From IMG/VR virus record IMGVR_UViG_3300035520_001855: a stretch of DNA of 64,000 nucleotides, one strand, 5' to 3'. The notes beneath the pieces are model-generated. The model saw only the letters and a program-made list of their open reading frames with translations, was not told where the DNA came from and did no database searches. Source of the DNA: an uncultured virus (IMG/VR IMGVR_UViG_3300035520_001855). Lineage: Duplodnaviria > Heunggongvirae > Uroviricota > Caudoviricetes. Each line of letters opens with the position of its first letter. Within the stretch, counting starts at the first letter, position 1. Shown here in pieces: positions 27,538 through 38,212 of the stretch. Position numbers and translations under genes: made by a program.

Positions 27538-30494
27538 TTTATATCCGTGCCAGTAATAATTAAACTGGCACGGTCTTCTTCCCCATTTGCAATTAAAGTT
27601 TCTTTTAACAAAGGTGTCATTTCATTTGTATACCAAGAAACTCTTTTAGTTCCAACATGATATAACAATCCTTTGAAAGTTGAGATATAATAATCCCCTG
27701 CAATTAGATTTGATGACGCTACATATGGTGAGACTGATATTACAACAGCCTTTCCATTTTTATATCTTACTAAATTGTCACCATCTTTGGCAGCTCTAAC
27801 ATCAAGTAAAATGTATTTAATGTTATCCTCTGCATTCATTTCAAGTTGATAAGAACTATTATACAAAATAAACTGATTAAAACTTCTGTTGATCTCATCT
27901 TCCTTGATACTGAATGTTAATTCTTTTGAATCATGAATAGTCTGTGCTAATGATTCAAAGCAGTAATTTCTTGTTGTCAATTCTAGATCCTTTAGCTGCC
28001 CTTTAATGTGATTGTATAGCAACTGTGTAAAATTCCAAATAGTACAATCACTATTAGCAATTAAAGGTCCAAAAAGAGACTCTTTGAACAAAGTCTCCAT
28101 CCTTTGCTGTAAGAGTAAATCTCTTAAATCTTTTTCAAAAAAGCAAAGAACTTTAGTATCAATGAATGGATATTCATATAAACTGTTATTGTTTGTTGTT
28201 AAAATCTCTGTGGCTGATTGATATTTATCGCTTGCTAAATCATGTTGTAAATGATTCAACCAATCTTGAACGCCATTGTCTAAAAGAATGACAGTTGACA
28301 AAAATCTGATATTTACAACTATATTAAATAAATTGAATACTTCAGATCTTGAGTTGTGACTGATTCTTCTCAGAAAAGATGAATCTTCCAAATCGTCTTC
28401 TCCACCAGTTTCTCTGAAAGAACTGCATGTGTTCCAACTCAGAATTATGTATGCAAGTTTATCACATACCTGTTTATACAGCTCCTTAAAGTCTCCGACC
28501 ATCTTTACTGTCACATTATTCGTGTCGAGATGCAGAGCTTTTTCAAACTCATGCAGCAACATTTCTAATGATTCAAAAGTATCTGGTCCGGTGTGTCTTA
28601 GTTCAGAGTAAATCCTTTTAGCTTGTATACTATATTCACTGCCGTCATCTCCATAAATACCCATCTTCAACTCACTAAAAGTTTTGCGTAAAATTTCATA
28701 TGATTTTACATCATAAAGTTCAAGCAGTGTATCCACATCAATAGTGTATCTTATAACATCACCACGCTCAATAAATGAGTCAAGAAACCAAGACAGTAAC
28801 ATTGTAGCGAACACTATTATCTGCTTTTGTGTCATTGAGATTCCAACATCTAAGCTTAAGTCTTTATACTCTTTGTACGTACTAAAAATATCTTCTCCAA
28901 ATTCAGCCACCATATCATCATATTGAGTCGAATTACCACCGTCTATCAAATTATTTAAAGCACTTTTAAATTTCAAATATAAGTAGTTTCTGCCCGATTC
29001 AGTTCCTAGAGGTTTTAAATCTTGTTCTACATCCTGTTCATTTTGATATATCCTAGATAAACTTACACTTGAACTTGTTGAGAATTTCTTTAAATTCTTA
29101 TACAATTCAAGTGTCTTCTTCTTAATATCTTGCATAGAACTGTTATCAGTTGTGTAAATATTATCAACAGTTAAAGGATTATAAATAGCAGCAAAGCCAC
29201 CACTATATCTGCTACCTAAAATATTTTCATCTATATTTCTATAAACGATTAACTCCTGCAACTTTGATTTCTTTGTCCACCTAACTGATTGGCTTGCATC
29301 GGTAATAACATAATTAGGGAACACTAAAACAGAGTATCCATTTTGTTTTAAGATGTTGATGATCTGTTTTGCAGCAAGTACACCTGACAGAACCTTGTTA
29401 AATACTTCGCTGTTGTTATATACATAACTGAATGTTGAATTTTTTACAGCTCTGTTACTTAACATGAAACTGCTTTGGCAATTCTTTATAAATTCATTTC
29501 TAACTTTATTCTGGAAAACCATAAAGTTATTTGAAGTATCAACAACATTCACATTAGAATCAATACAAGAATCCAAATTACTAATAATACTATAACCATC
29601 TAAAATGATGTCCGCTTCAGTAGTAGACTGCACATTTGGATTTTTATGTTTCATGTTTTTATATATCGCTGAAAACTTGTAGTCCAAATCATCATCTATA
29701 AATGCGTCTAATTGCTCTGCTTCTAAATTGCAATAGTATGTCATTATATTTCTACAGCGACCATTAAACGCATCAGAACGTGATGCTTTAAATAAAACAT
29801 CACTTCCATCTACCACAGCATTCATCAAATCTTTATAAAGTTTAGTATTTGTGAATTCCGGTGTATTTACTGGCACATTTTCAACAGTTTCTACTATGTT
29901 CAGAATAAATTCACCATTTTCTGTATACTTTACATCTGAATTTAAAACTGCTTTACCATATTTATCAATAACCCCTTTAGAGATGTTCCAATGTTCAAAA
30001 CACCCTAAAATATTTGTATATAGGGTGTTCTTCCTATCTTCTGCTTCTCTTGTCTCCGAAAATGTTTTTGTATTAAAAGTATCATAGAAAGAAAAGCTGT
30101 CTAAAAATAAACCTATTCCTTGCTCAACAGCTTGCTCTAAGTTTGGTCCTGTCAATCGGTGTCCTTCAAAATACTCATAAGCTGCATCGTGTAGAATTTG
30201 TTTATTCTTTAACATTCTGTCACCCATCAAGAAATATTCATTTTCTAAATTAGCAACAGTACTGTCAAACTCATTTTTTATTCTTTGAGAGAGTGCAAAA
30301 TCACTTTGCACTCTCTCAAGAACTGACTCCTTGAATTTAGACACATCCCTTAAATTCAACCCATAAAATAAATTACTGTACACACTTTTTCTGGCACTTC
30401 TCCTTGTCTGTTGTTTAGAAATAATCTCATACACTGCAATACAGCATATAACAGATGTACTATATTGCTCCATACTGTAATTACTCAATAACAA
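27531..30494 (-). CDS. Large hypothetical protein (987 aa) immediately downstream of the RNA polymerase
   Basis: Long ORF, TTG start after AAGGGGGG; no motif recognised. Confidence 0.8.
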   Translation of the reverse strand: MLLSNYSMEQYSTSVICCIAVYEIISKQQTRRSARKSVYSNLFYGLNLRDVSKFKESVLERVQSDFALSQRIKNEFDSTVANLENEYFLMGDRMLKNKQILHDAAYEYFEGHRLTGPNLEQAVEQGIGLFLDSFSFYDTFNTKTFSETREAEDRKNTLYTNILGCFEHWNISKGVIDKYGKAVLNSDVKYTENGEFILNIVETVENVPVNTPEFTNTKLYKDLMNAVVDGSDVLFKASRSDAFNGRCRNIMTYYCNLEAEQLDAFIDDDLDYKFSAIYKNMKHKNPNVQSTTEADIILDGYSIISNLDSCIDSNVNVVDTSNNFMVFQNKVRNEFIKNCQSSFMLSNRAVKNSTFSYVYNNSEVFNKVLSGVLAAKQIINILKQNGYSVLVFPNYVITDASQSVRWTKKSKLQELIVYRNIDENILGSRYSGGFAAIYNPLTVDNIYTTDNSSMQDIKKKTLELYKNLKKFSTSSSVSLSRIYQNEQDVEQDLKPLGTESGRNYLYLKFKSALNNLIDGGNSTQYDDMVAEFGEDIFSTYKEYKDLSLDVGISMTQKQIIVFATMLLSWFLDSFIERGDVIRYTIDVDTLLELYDVKSYEILRKTFSELKMGIYGDDGSEYSIQAKRIYSELRHTGPDTFESLEMLLHEFEKALHLDTNNVTVKMVGDFKELYKQVCDKLAYIILSWNTCSSFRETGGEDDLEDSSFLRRISHNSRSEVFNLFNIVVNIRFLSTVILLDNGVQDWLNHLQHDLASDKYQSATEILTTNNNSLYEYPFIDTKVLCFFEKDLRDLLLQQRMETLFKESLFGPLIANSDCTIWNFTQLLYNHIKGQLKDLELTTRNYCFESLAQTIHDSKELTFSIKEDEINRSFNQFILYNSSYQLEMNAEDNIKYILLDVRAAKDGDNLVRYKNGKAVVISVSPYVASSNLIAGDYYISTFKGLLYHVGTKRVSWYTNEMTPLLKETLIANGEEDRASLIITGTDINE

Positions 30495-30508
30495 CTGGAT
30501 CCCCCCTT

Positions 30509-33500
30509 TTAGGTTTCAAAAAACAATGTTGTTGTCACATCATCTTCATTGTTGACCTTATTAATAGATTTTATAGTTTCATCCTTGGTAATGTCTACAT
30601 CATCACTATCGTTTAGCACTTGATTAAATAACCCTTTCGCACCAAACTCTGACGTTTCCACACTTGTAAAGATATCATCATCATTAGTTACAACATTCTG
30701 TTGAATAAGTTCTTCTTCATTGGAGTACATTCTCGAAGCTTTTACAATATGCTTTGTATAATTTTTCTTGTCTGTTAAACCAATTTCAAAATCACTACAT
30801 TCTTTGCCAAACTGTATTCCAAGTATTGACCTTGAATAGAATGCTGAACCATCATCTTTAATTCCCCTCTTGATATTAATACTTATAGCTTTCTGTGGAT
30901 TTTGTCCACATAAAGATTTTATGATACCTCTACCTGCATTTGATTCTGCATAATTTGTTACAATTGGTTGATGCTTTATTTCAACACCTCCTAACTGTTC
31001 TAGCTGGTTAATCTTATTAGTATCCATTATTTGTCCGACAGTTAAATCTGGTATTGAACTGTCTGTGATGACTGAATTTCTTGACATAGAGTGTGTAAGT
31101 AACTCTATATATCTTGAGTCAATATCTGCATTAAGATTTCTAATGATGGATGCAATTTCATTGTAAATCATCTCCACTAAATCCTTATAAGGCAAAAGTT
31201 TTAACAACTTACTAAAATTATCTTCACCAGCAATAATTCTGATGGGCTTGTCATCTCTAAAAACCTTTAGAGTCCCACCAAAAAGTATCCTACTCTTAGG
31301 AGCAAAATACTCTTTAATCTTTTTCCCTTTGATTATCACTACCTTTCCTGTTTCTGAGAAAGTAGCAATTTCTCCTGGTTGTAAATATAGTGATGTGTTA
31401 ATGTATCGTGTGTTCTTCCTTTCGTTGTCAGACATGTTAATAATTTGTGTAACACGCTTTACAACGTTTGTTGTGGTGTCCTGCTCTGATGATGCATTCT
31501 TAACATCCATCGCCATCTGTGATAAAATCTCACCAATAACTTCGGCTGTTATTGTACCAACTGCATTATTTGCTGGCAAGAGTCTAGCAGGTTGAACTCC
31601 AACATGCTCTACAATAGGTCTATCCTTATGGATATCCTCTCCATAGCAACATGCACAAATACCTTCAGAACATTTACAATCATGCAAAGTTCTAGCAAAT
31701 ATTGTTGTTGAACCTGCGTTTATATATTCATCAATGTGTTCTTTAGTTAAGATAATTTGCTTACTATTATCGCCGTACTTATATCCATAGCGATTTGTGA
31801 ATCTTTTGTATGTTTCATCAGCAACCTTATAATTGAATACAAAACTACATATATCACCACTTGAGTCAACACAATAAATCTTTTTTATTTTGTTACTTAC
31901 TAAAAAATTATAACAACCTTTGTCTAGAACTCTATCCTGTAGAATATCTAGAACTTTTTGTTGTTCTGCTGCTTCTTCATCTGACAATCTCGAAGTGTCT
32001 GCTAAAAGTTTTTTATGTGCACATACTTCAAAAAATCTTTCTTCACAACTTGAATCCGGTTCAAAATACATCTCATACTCTCGTGGTTTTGCACCACAAT
32101 CTGTTTTTGATATGTACTCATCGTTTGCCATGAAGTTTAAAGTACGTGTCATAACACCTGCATCTTTTGTGGCAAGTGTTGTACTGAGCTGTGCACGACG
32201 AACCTCAAAACCTGATAAAAACAGCTCTAATGAATTTAAACCGTCATACAAATCGTGTCTAATTGATGTTGGTACAAGTTCATCATTAATATCCTTCAAA
32301 TATCCTTCATAAATCAAAGGTGCTGTTAAGCTGTTGAAGCTTCCTCTTGAACCTGAATCAAAAATTCTATAAAGATTTGAATTTTTATTCTTCTCCATTA
32401 CTTTTTGAATTTTCTTGATTGCAGATTTACTTGTTTTATCATCTTCAAGTCTCTGTACATCAATTGAATTGCTGTAGAAACCACACATTGATTTAAACTC
32501 AACTATTTTCCTTGTGTCTGTACTCAAAGCATTATGTGCAATAGTATTCAATGCACTAAAATCTTCAAAAGCTAATGTTGTGTTGTTTAAATCCTGAAGT
32601 AAGAATCCTTCCAGTTTCATATCATTAAGAAAATCAATGAAATCAGAAGCATCCCACTCAGAACCTGTTAAAAGCTGATAGTCCTGTTCAAATTTTGGAT
32701 TTGAATTCGGTAAATAATACATTACCATTTTATCCACATTCTTTGACTTTAGTGGGTATAAACCTTCACCCTCGATATCTCTTGTCAAATCTATATTTCC
32801 AGGAAGTGAAGCCTCCACAAACAACCTTCCAGCTGTTGATATTCGCTCAGGATTTACTAAATGTACTGTATCGTTTAATCCTACTTGCATTAACTTCACA
32901 GCTTTAATCAGCTCATTGATTGAATTGAATTTAGCAATAATATTGCTAGGATTTGGATCAATACATGTTGCTGAGTAAAAACCTAAAACACAGTCCTGTT
33001 TAAGTGCATAATTATTACCACCTTTTCTATCCTCTGTTAAAAGATTTGTTGGTGATAACTTTTCATCGCATTCCTTTTTACATGATTCTGGCATTACAGC
33101 ATAGACTGCCATTTGGTCACCATCAAAGTCTGCGTTGAATGAAGCACAGATAAGTGTGTTGATTCCTATTGTCTTATTCTCCCACATCAAAGGTGTGTAT
33201 GCCTGAACATTTTGTCTATGGAGTGCAGGTTCACGAGTTAATAACACTCTCTCGTCTGCTAAATGCTCATTGATGATTTCGTCTATTAACTCACCTATTT
33301 CAACAAGTGTATCATAATCCATTAACATGGTTTTTATTTCATCAACGGTTTTTCCAGACTCAATCAAAGTCTTTCCAGACTCTAATTGATATGGTGTACA
33401 GCTTGTTGAGTCGGTTGTGAATTTTATTGCCCCCGACTTTAATAATGCATACAATTTAGCTGGTGAACGCTGAGCATAACACTTAACAATTTTATCAATA

Positions 33501-36500
33501 TCCTCAGAACCATTTAAGTGTTCAACAAGACTGCCAAGTTCATATGAGTTCTTTAACCAACCTCTTATATTGTATTTATACATTTCAAAGATTGCTTCTC
33601 TTGGTAAGTACACTTCATCAATCTTCAAATCTGGTGCACCAACAATTGTTGATCTACCAGAAAAGTTAATCGTCTTCTTTAAGATACTGGCTCTGATTAC
33701 ACCATTATCTTTCTCTTTTATCATTGCCCAAGGCGATTTGATACCTCTTGAGTTCTTGAATAAACTTGAGATGTCAGTATTTATACAAACAGTAAACCAA
33801 ACTTTATAAAAATCATTGTATCTATTTATAGCTGATATATCATCTCTACATACTGCCATGATGTCATAGATGTCACCATTCCACATATCTAAATTACTAC
33901 CCATAACTAAGTTTAAAAGATTCAAAACTTTAATATAAATAATATTTAAAGGATCTGTTAAACCTCTGTCTTTCTGGGGTTTTCTAAATTTTAGTGGTAT
34001 TAGCAAAAATTTATTTGTTATATATTCTGAAGGCTCACTAAAATTCTTCCATGAAGATTTTATAGAGTCCTTCCATGACACACTAAATGAAGCCTTTGGA
34101 TCATCTTCTTCAAAATCGTCATCTGTAGATGATTCCAGTATATCGTCAACTATGTCATTATCCGAATCATCTTCCATTCTGTCCTGATTATCTGTTGATA
34201 TTGATGACTCATTAATATAACTGACAAAATTAAAAATATCCTCTTTAGTTATCAATGAAAACATTAAAAAGAAGGCAAAACCACCTGTATAATAAACCTC
34301 ATTGAGATTCATTGTTAAATTAGGATCACCATTCATATTAATTATAACATGTTTAAATTGTGTTCCATTGTAACGTTTTTCATTTTTAATTGCAAGGTAC
34401 GCTGAACCATTGATTACTGCCTTAACCATTTTTATAGTCATTGGCTTATAGTTGACTTCACCTTTTTTATTTACATACATTACTGGAAATAACTTACACA
34501 TTTCTGCATTAAGTATTGCAGGATTTACCCAAGCAATGTTATTATACTCAACATGTGAATATTCTTTTGAACCAAAAGAATTTCTTCTTTTGTTTTCATT
34601 TGTTTGTAAATTTGATGAGCCAACTTCTAACATCTCTCTTACATTTGAATTGTAAGGCACTTTGAAATCAGATATGGCATATATATCAGAATCTGTTGTT
34701 ACTTTTAGTGATATACCATCTCTGATTACACCTGACATATCATAACCAACTGTTCTTAAATATGCTAACAATAATTCATTTGTTTTGTTATCACCTATAA
34801 TGTCAGTTCTTCCGGTATCTGATAACTCAGCTTTTAGTTTGTTCCTTGCGTGTTGATCATCACTTCCTGCACCGAACAGATAAGAGTGTGTTAAATAAGC
34901 TCCATTTGCTAAAATAGCATTTGATGCATATTCTGAAGCTGATTGTCCACCAGGTGTCAAGTCTGACTTACGAGGTTGTCCTGTTTTCATATCCTTATGC
35001 TTAGATTCATTAATGAAATTCATCTTTTTCGAAACAGAGTGATCAAGCTTCATTATATACATAGTTCCAACATTTACCTTATTAGGATAAGGCATTAATG
35101 TTTCATTGTTATACAAAGTTATCAAATTAGACTCCTTAAAGAAAGCCTCATTAACATTCTTTGAACTTTGTAAAGAGCTTACTAAATCATCATAAGCAGT
35201 ATTTGTTGGTACAACTATGACACTGTCATCTACTGACAGTCCTAAAGCCAATTCAATAAGCTGTCCCAAATTCATTCTTGAGGGTACACCTAAAGGATTG
35301 ACACAAATATCAACTGGATTACCATTTTCATCACATGGCATTTCAGAATCTTTTAATATTCTTGTTATTACACCTTTATTACCATGATGTCCTGTAAATT
35401 TATCACCAACCTCAAGATTCTTGATATTACCAAGTGTAATTGATATTACTCTTGTTGTTGGGTCATTTGACTTTTTGCTGTAACGTATTGATTGCACATA
35501 ACCGCCCTGACCAGGCTTTACAGTAATTTCCTTAACAGGTCTTTTACCGCTGTTATTATATGTTGTGATTGTGTCCGAAACATCTTCGTCAAGTCGTTGT
35601 AATGCTAATATTGTTGATCCATCAGCATAATATTCATTTACCTTAGGCTCACCATTTACAAGATTTGATTTTCTGTTTATGATTTCATCAGAGGACAGTT
35701 CGCTGTCTGATGGAATCTCACAACTCATTACATGAGTAAATACGTTACTAAGTTTCATAGACTCAACTAAACCTCTACGAACTAGAATACCGTCCTCATA
35801 TGAGTATCCATGAAATGACATGAAAGCAACTCTTAAGTTAACTCCCATTGCTAAATCTTTCTCAGCAATTGCTTCTTTAATATCATTTCTGTCAAGATAC
35901 CCAAAACCATCAAATTTTCTTACACCTGTAATATCTTCTGGTAAGTACACATTATTTGGTCTGTGTGTATCAATATCCATTGGATGTAATACAATTTCAC
36001 CTGGAAGCCAAATAGGTTCTTCTCTTCCTGTATTAGTATTTAATTCATATCCGATAACCATCTGAGCTATAGTCTTTAAATATGCAACTGTGACATCTAT
36101 AGTTTTGTTAACTGACTCATCAACAGCTGCAAAACTGCAAATCATTGTCTCACCTTGCATAATTACATTTACTAACCTAATACCTAATGACTTATTAAAT
36201 GTTCCACTAAGATTTTCTAAATCATCAAGTATTTCATCTGCCCTGATAATTTTTGAATCCCAAAATGAGGATACACCAGTTGTCACATGGTGACGTTCGC
36301 CTCCTAAAACAGGTGTGTACTGTTCCGCATGATTACCTGCCATTTGCGCTCTACGTCCTTTGTTAGAATTTACACCAACACCAATTGAAATGGTTGGTGA
36401 GCTTACTGACATCGGTACAATAGGCACATATTCAACTTCTGTGGCTACAACACGCATTACTGTTCCCTTAGTTACAACATCTACCACTTCAGTCGGATTC

Positions 36501-38212
36501 TCCCAATGATTAGGGCAAATAATTTTACTGTAAGCATCCTGAACGGTTAGCACAACTTCATCATCAGTAACAACACCATTTTCAACCCTTCTAAAATAAT
36601 TTGCTAAATGTCCTTCTTCATTTACAAAAGCTGTACAAGAAAGATGTTGTGTTATACCAGCTTTATCAGACTCAGGCGATGCTTGTGAGTCAAGAAAGAA
36701 TATATTTTCAAGTCTCACAGCTCTAGCTGCTTTTGTTGGATTCTTTAAACCAGAAGTTGTTTTGTAATCACCCGATGAGTCGGAGACTGTATTTCTACCA
36801 ACAAGAGGTTGAATACAAGCAACATTTCCTCGCTCTCTCAGACTTTTATAGTAACTGCTAAAATTACACAATTTGTCCAAATCTTTCATCTCTTTATCTT
36901 TAGGGTTAGGTATTCCCAAAGTGTCATGCAGATTTAAATAATTGGTTATTTTATTTACTACTGAATCAAGTGCATTTTCAACAAACTCTTTTAAAAAGAT
37001 AAAACTGTTAAAGTAAGTCTTATTTTGCAGAGAGTCAATATTGATTATATCATTCTCCGAGTAAGACTCAACGGCTATAATGTTACATACATTTACAAAG
37101 AAATTATAATCAGCTATGTTTGATATTGGCCTTTTTACAATCCTTGTATCAATGCCATTTTGAAGTATATACATTTCTGATATAGATGTGTCATTATCAA
37201 TTTGACCTAAAATATCTACTGTAAGTTTATCACCTTGGTGTAGATAATGCTTTACTTTACTACCACTTTCATTTATGGTTGTATACTCCATATCTGCTGC
37301 GAGTATCTGATTAAAGCACCTATTTGTGAACGAGAATACTCTTTCAGCATTTGCCTTAGCTGTTGGTGTCAATTTAAATAAATTACCTGCTAAAATTCTT
37401 TTATTAAATATATCATCAACAACATAATCATTAGGTAAATTTACAAAGGGTATTAAAGCTTTTAGCATTCGTCTTCGGCATATAGTATTGTTAAATACTC
37501 TAGAGGTTTCTTTTGGAAATAAAAGATCTGTTCCACCATGAACTCTACCACTTGATACATCATTCAAAATTACGTTAATGTCTGCACCGGAGTAAGCAAT
37601 CATTAAATCAAGGAGTGTTAACTCTACAGACTTATCAATGCCTTCTTTTTTAGAAGTAACTCGATAATACTTTTCATTCCTTGATATTTCTACCTCAGTT
37701 CCCCTTTCAGGTCTAAATGCAACTGTAAGCTTCTTAAAATCTACTGTTGATTTGACAACATCAATAGTTTTCTTTATTTGAAAACCTTTTTCTGCCTCAA
37801 CTGATGTTGCAAACTTATATTGTTGCCCATTTATCAACATACCCTCTGTAGTATAGAGTGGTATAGATATTAAATTCTCCATAACACTAATGAAAGATTT
37901 AGAAGCATCTGCTAAATTACCAGATTTATCTAATTCATTTATATATACATTAAAACTTAATTTAATGTGTTTATCAGGATTGTCACCTGTACTGCCATCT
38001 GCCTCAGTGCTATATGACTTCTTTAATTGAAGTATTTGATTGTTAATATCATCTCTATCATTCTTTAAAGAAAGCTTTATAATTTTTCTTCCCCTGTCTT
38101 TATCCTTTAAAGTCACAATGCGTTCAACTTTACAAATGGATTCAAGCTCTGAAATAAATTTCATATATTGCTTATACTGTGAATTACTTAAAAATAATTC
38201 TTTTACTTTCAT
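30509..38212 (-). CDS. rpoBC: Fused beta-beta' (two-barrel, multisubunit-type) DNA-directed RNA polymerase, highly diverged
   Basis: Beta motifs: IPLYTTEGMLING, SPESDKAGI, RAQMAGNHAEQ, GYSYEDGI, GDKFTGHHGNKGVI, NPLGVPSRMNLGQ, YIMKLDH, GGQ. Beta' motifs: NFSGRSTI, LLTREPALHR, NADFDGDQMAV (33116-33136), SGSRG, TKDAGVMTR, C..CYG, AVGTITAEVIGE, IDSRYIELL. All in one uninterrupted frame. Confidence 0.95.
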   Translation of the reverse strand: MKVKELFLSNSQYKQYMKFISELESICKVERIVTLKDKDRGRKIIKLSLKNDRDDINNQILQLKKSYSTEADGSTGDNPDKHIKLSFNVYINELDKSGNLADASKSFISVMENLISIPLYTTEGMLINGQQYKFATSVEAEKGFQIKKTIDVVKSTVDFKKLTVAFRPERGTEVEISRNEKYYRVTSKKEGIDKSVELTLLDLMIAYSGADINVILNDVSSGRVHGGTDLLFPKETSRVFNNTICRRRMLKALIPFVNLPNDYVVDDIFNKRILAGNLFKLTPTAKANAERVFSFTNRCFNQILAADMEYTTINESGSKVKHYLHQGDKLTVDILGQIDNDTSISEMYILQNGIDTRIVKRPISNIADYNFFVNVCNIIAVESYSENDIINIDSLQNKTYFNSFIFLKEFVENALDSVVNKITNYLNLHDTLGIPNPKDKEMKDLDKLCNFSSYYKSLRERGNVACIQPLVGRNTVSDSSGDYKTTSGLKNPTKAARAVRLENIFFLDSQASPESDKAGITQHLSCTAFVNEEGHLANYFRRVENGVVTDDEVVLTVQDAYSKIICPNHWENPTEVVDVVTKGTVMRVVATEVEYVPIVPMSVSSPTISIGVGVNSNKGRRAQMAGNHAEQYTPVLGGERHHVTTGVSSFWDSKIIRADEILDDLENLSGTFNKSLGIRLVNVIMQGETMICSFAAVDESVNKTIDVTVAYLKTIAQMVIGYELNTNTGREEPIWLPGEIVLHPMDIDTHRPNNVYLPEDITGVRKFDGFGYLDRNDIKEAIAEKDLAMGVNLRVAFMSFHGYSYEDGILVRRGLVESMKLSNVFTHVMSCEIPSDSELSSDEIINRKSNLVNGEPKVNEYYADGSTILALQRLDEDVSDTITTYNNSGKRPVKEITVKPGQGGYVQSIRYSKKSNDPTTRVISITLGNIKNLEVGDKFTGHHGNKGVITRILKDSEMPCDENGNPVDICVNPLGVPSRMNLGQLIELALGLSVDDSVIVVPTNTAYDDLVSSLQSSKNVNEAFFKESNLITLYNNETLMPYPNKVNVGTMYIMKLDHSVSKKMNFINESKHKDMKTGQPRKSDLTPGGQSASEYASNAILANGAYLTHSYLFGAGSDDQHARNKLKAELSDTGRTDIIGDNKTNELLLAYLRTVGYDMSGVIRDGISLKVTTDSDIYAISDFKVPYNSNVREMLEVGSSNLQTNENKRRNSFGSKEYSHVEYNNIAWVNPAILNAEMCKLFPVMYVNKKGEVNYKPMTIKMVKAVINGSAYLAIKNEKRYNGTQFKHVIINMNGDPNLTMNLNEVYYTGGFAFFLMFSLITKEDIFNFVSYINESSISTDNQDRMEDDSDNDIVDDILESSTDDDFEEDDPKASFSVSWKDSIKSSWKNFSEPSEYITNKFLLIPLKFRKPQKDRGLTDPLNIIYIKVLNLLNLVMGSNLDMWNGDIYDIMAVCRDDISAINRYNDFYKVWFTVCINTDISSLFKNSRGIKSPWAMIKEKDNGVIRASILKKTINFSGRSTIVGAPDLKIDEVYLPREAIFEMYKYNIRGWLKNSYELGSLVEHLNGSEDIDKIVKCYAQRSPAKLYALLKSGAIKFTTDSTSCTPYQLESGKTLIESGKTVDEIKTMLMDYDTLVEIGELIDEIINEHLADERVLLTREPALHRQNVQAYTPLMWENKTIGINTLICASFNADFDGDQMAVYAVMPESCKKECDEKLSPTNLLTEDRKGGNNYALKQDCVLGFYSATCIDPNPSNIIAKFNSINELIKAVKLMQVGLNDTVHLVNPERISTAGRLFVEASLPGNIDLTRDIEGEGLYPLKSKNVDKMVMYYLPNSNPKFEQDYQLLTGSEWDASDFIDFLNDMKLEGFLLQDLNNTTLAFEDFSALNTIAHNALSTDTRKIVEFKSMCGFYSNSIDVQRLEDDKTSKSAIKKIQKVMEKNKNSNLYRIFDSGSRGSFNSLTAPLIYEGYLKDINDELVPTSIRHDLYDGLNSLELFLSGFEVRRAQLSTTLATKDAGVMTRTLNFMANDEYISKTDCGAKPREYEMYFEPDSSCEERFFEVCAHKKLLADTSRLSDEEAAEQQKVLDILQDRVLDKGCYNFLVSNKIKKIYCVDSSGDICSFVFNYKVADETYKRFTNRYGYKYGDNSKQIILTKEHIDEYINAGSTTIFARTLHDCKCSEGICACCYGEDIHKDRPIVEHVGVQPARLLPANNAVGTITAEVIGEILSQMAMDVKNASSEQDTTTNVVKRVTQIINMSDNERKNTRYINTSLYLQPGEIATFSETGKVVIIKGKKIKEYFAPKSRILFGGTLKVFRDDKPIRIIAGEDNFSKLLKLLPYKDLVEMIYNEIASIIRNLNADIDSRYIELLTHSMSRNSVITDSSIPDLTVGQIMDTNKINQLEQLGGVEIKHQPIVTNYAESNAGRGIIKSLCGQNPQKAISINIKRGIKDDGSAFYSRSILGIQFGKECSDFEIGLTDKKNYTKHIVKASRMYSNEEELIQQNVVTNDDDIFTSVETSEFGAKGLFNQVLNDSDDVDITKDETIKSINKVNNEDDVTTTLFFET

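Noticed and set aside
30509..38212. Host chromosomal rpoB-rpoC locus
   Set aside because: No ribosomal protein, nusG or tuf neighbours, and the sequence is far too diverged at normally invariant positions.
22798..38212. Inteins or group I/II introns in the large PolA and RNAP
   Set aside because: No intein splice or LAGLIDADG motifs seen, and conserved motifs follow in uninterrupted order.
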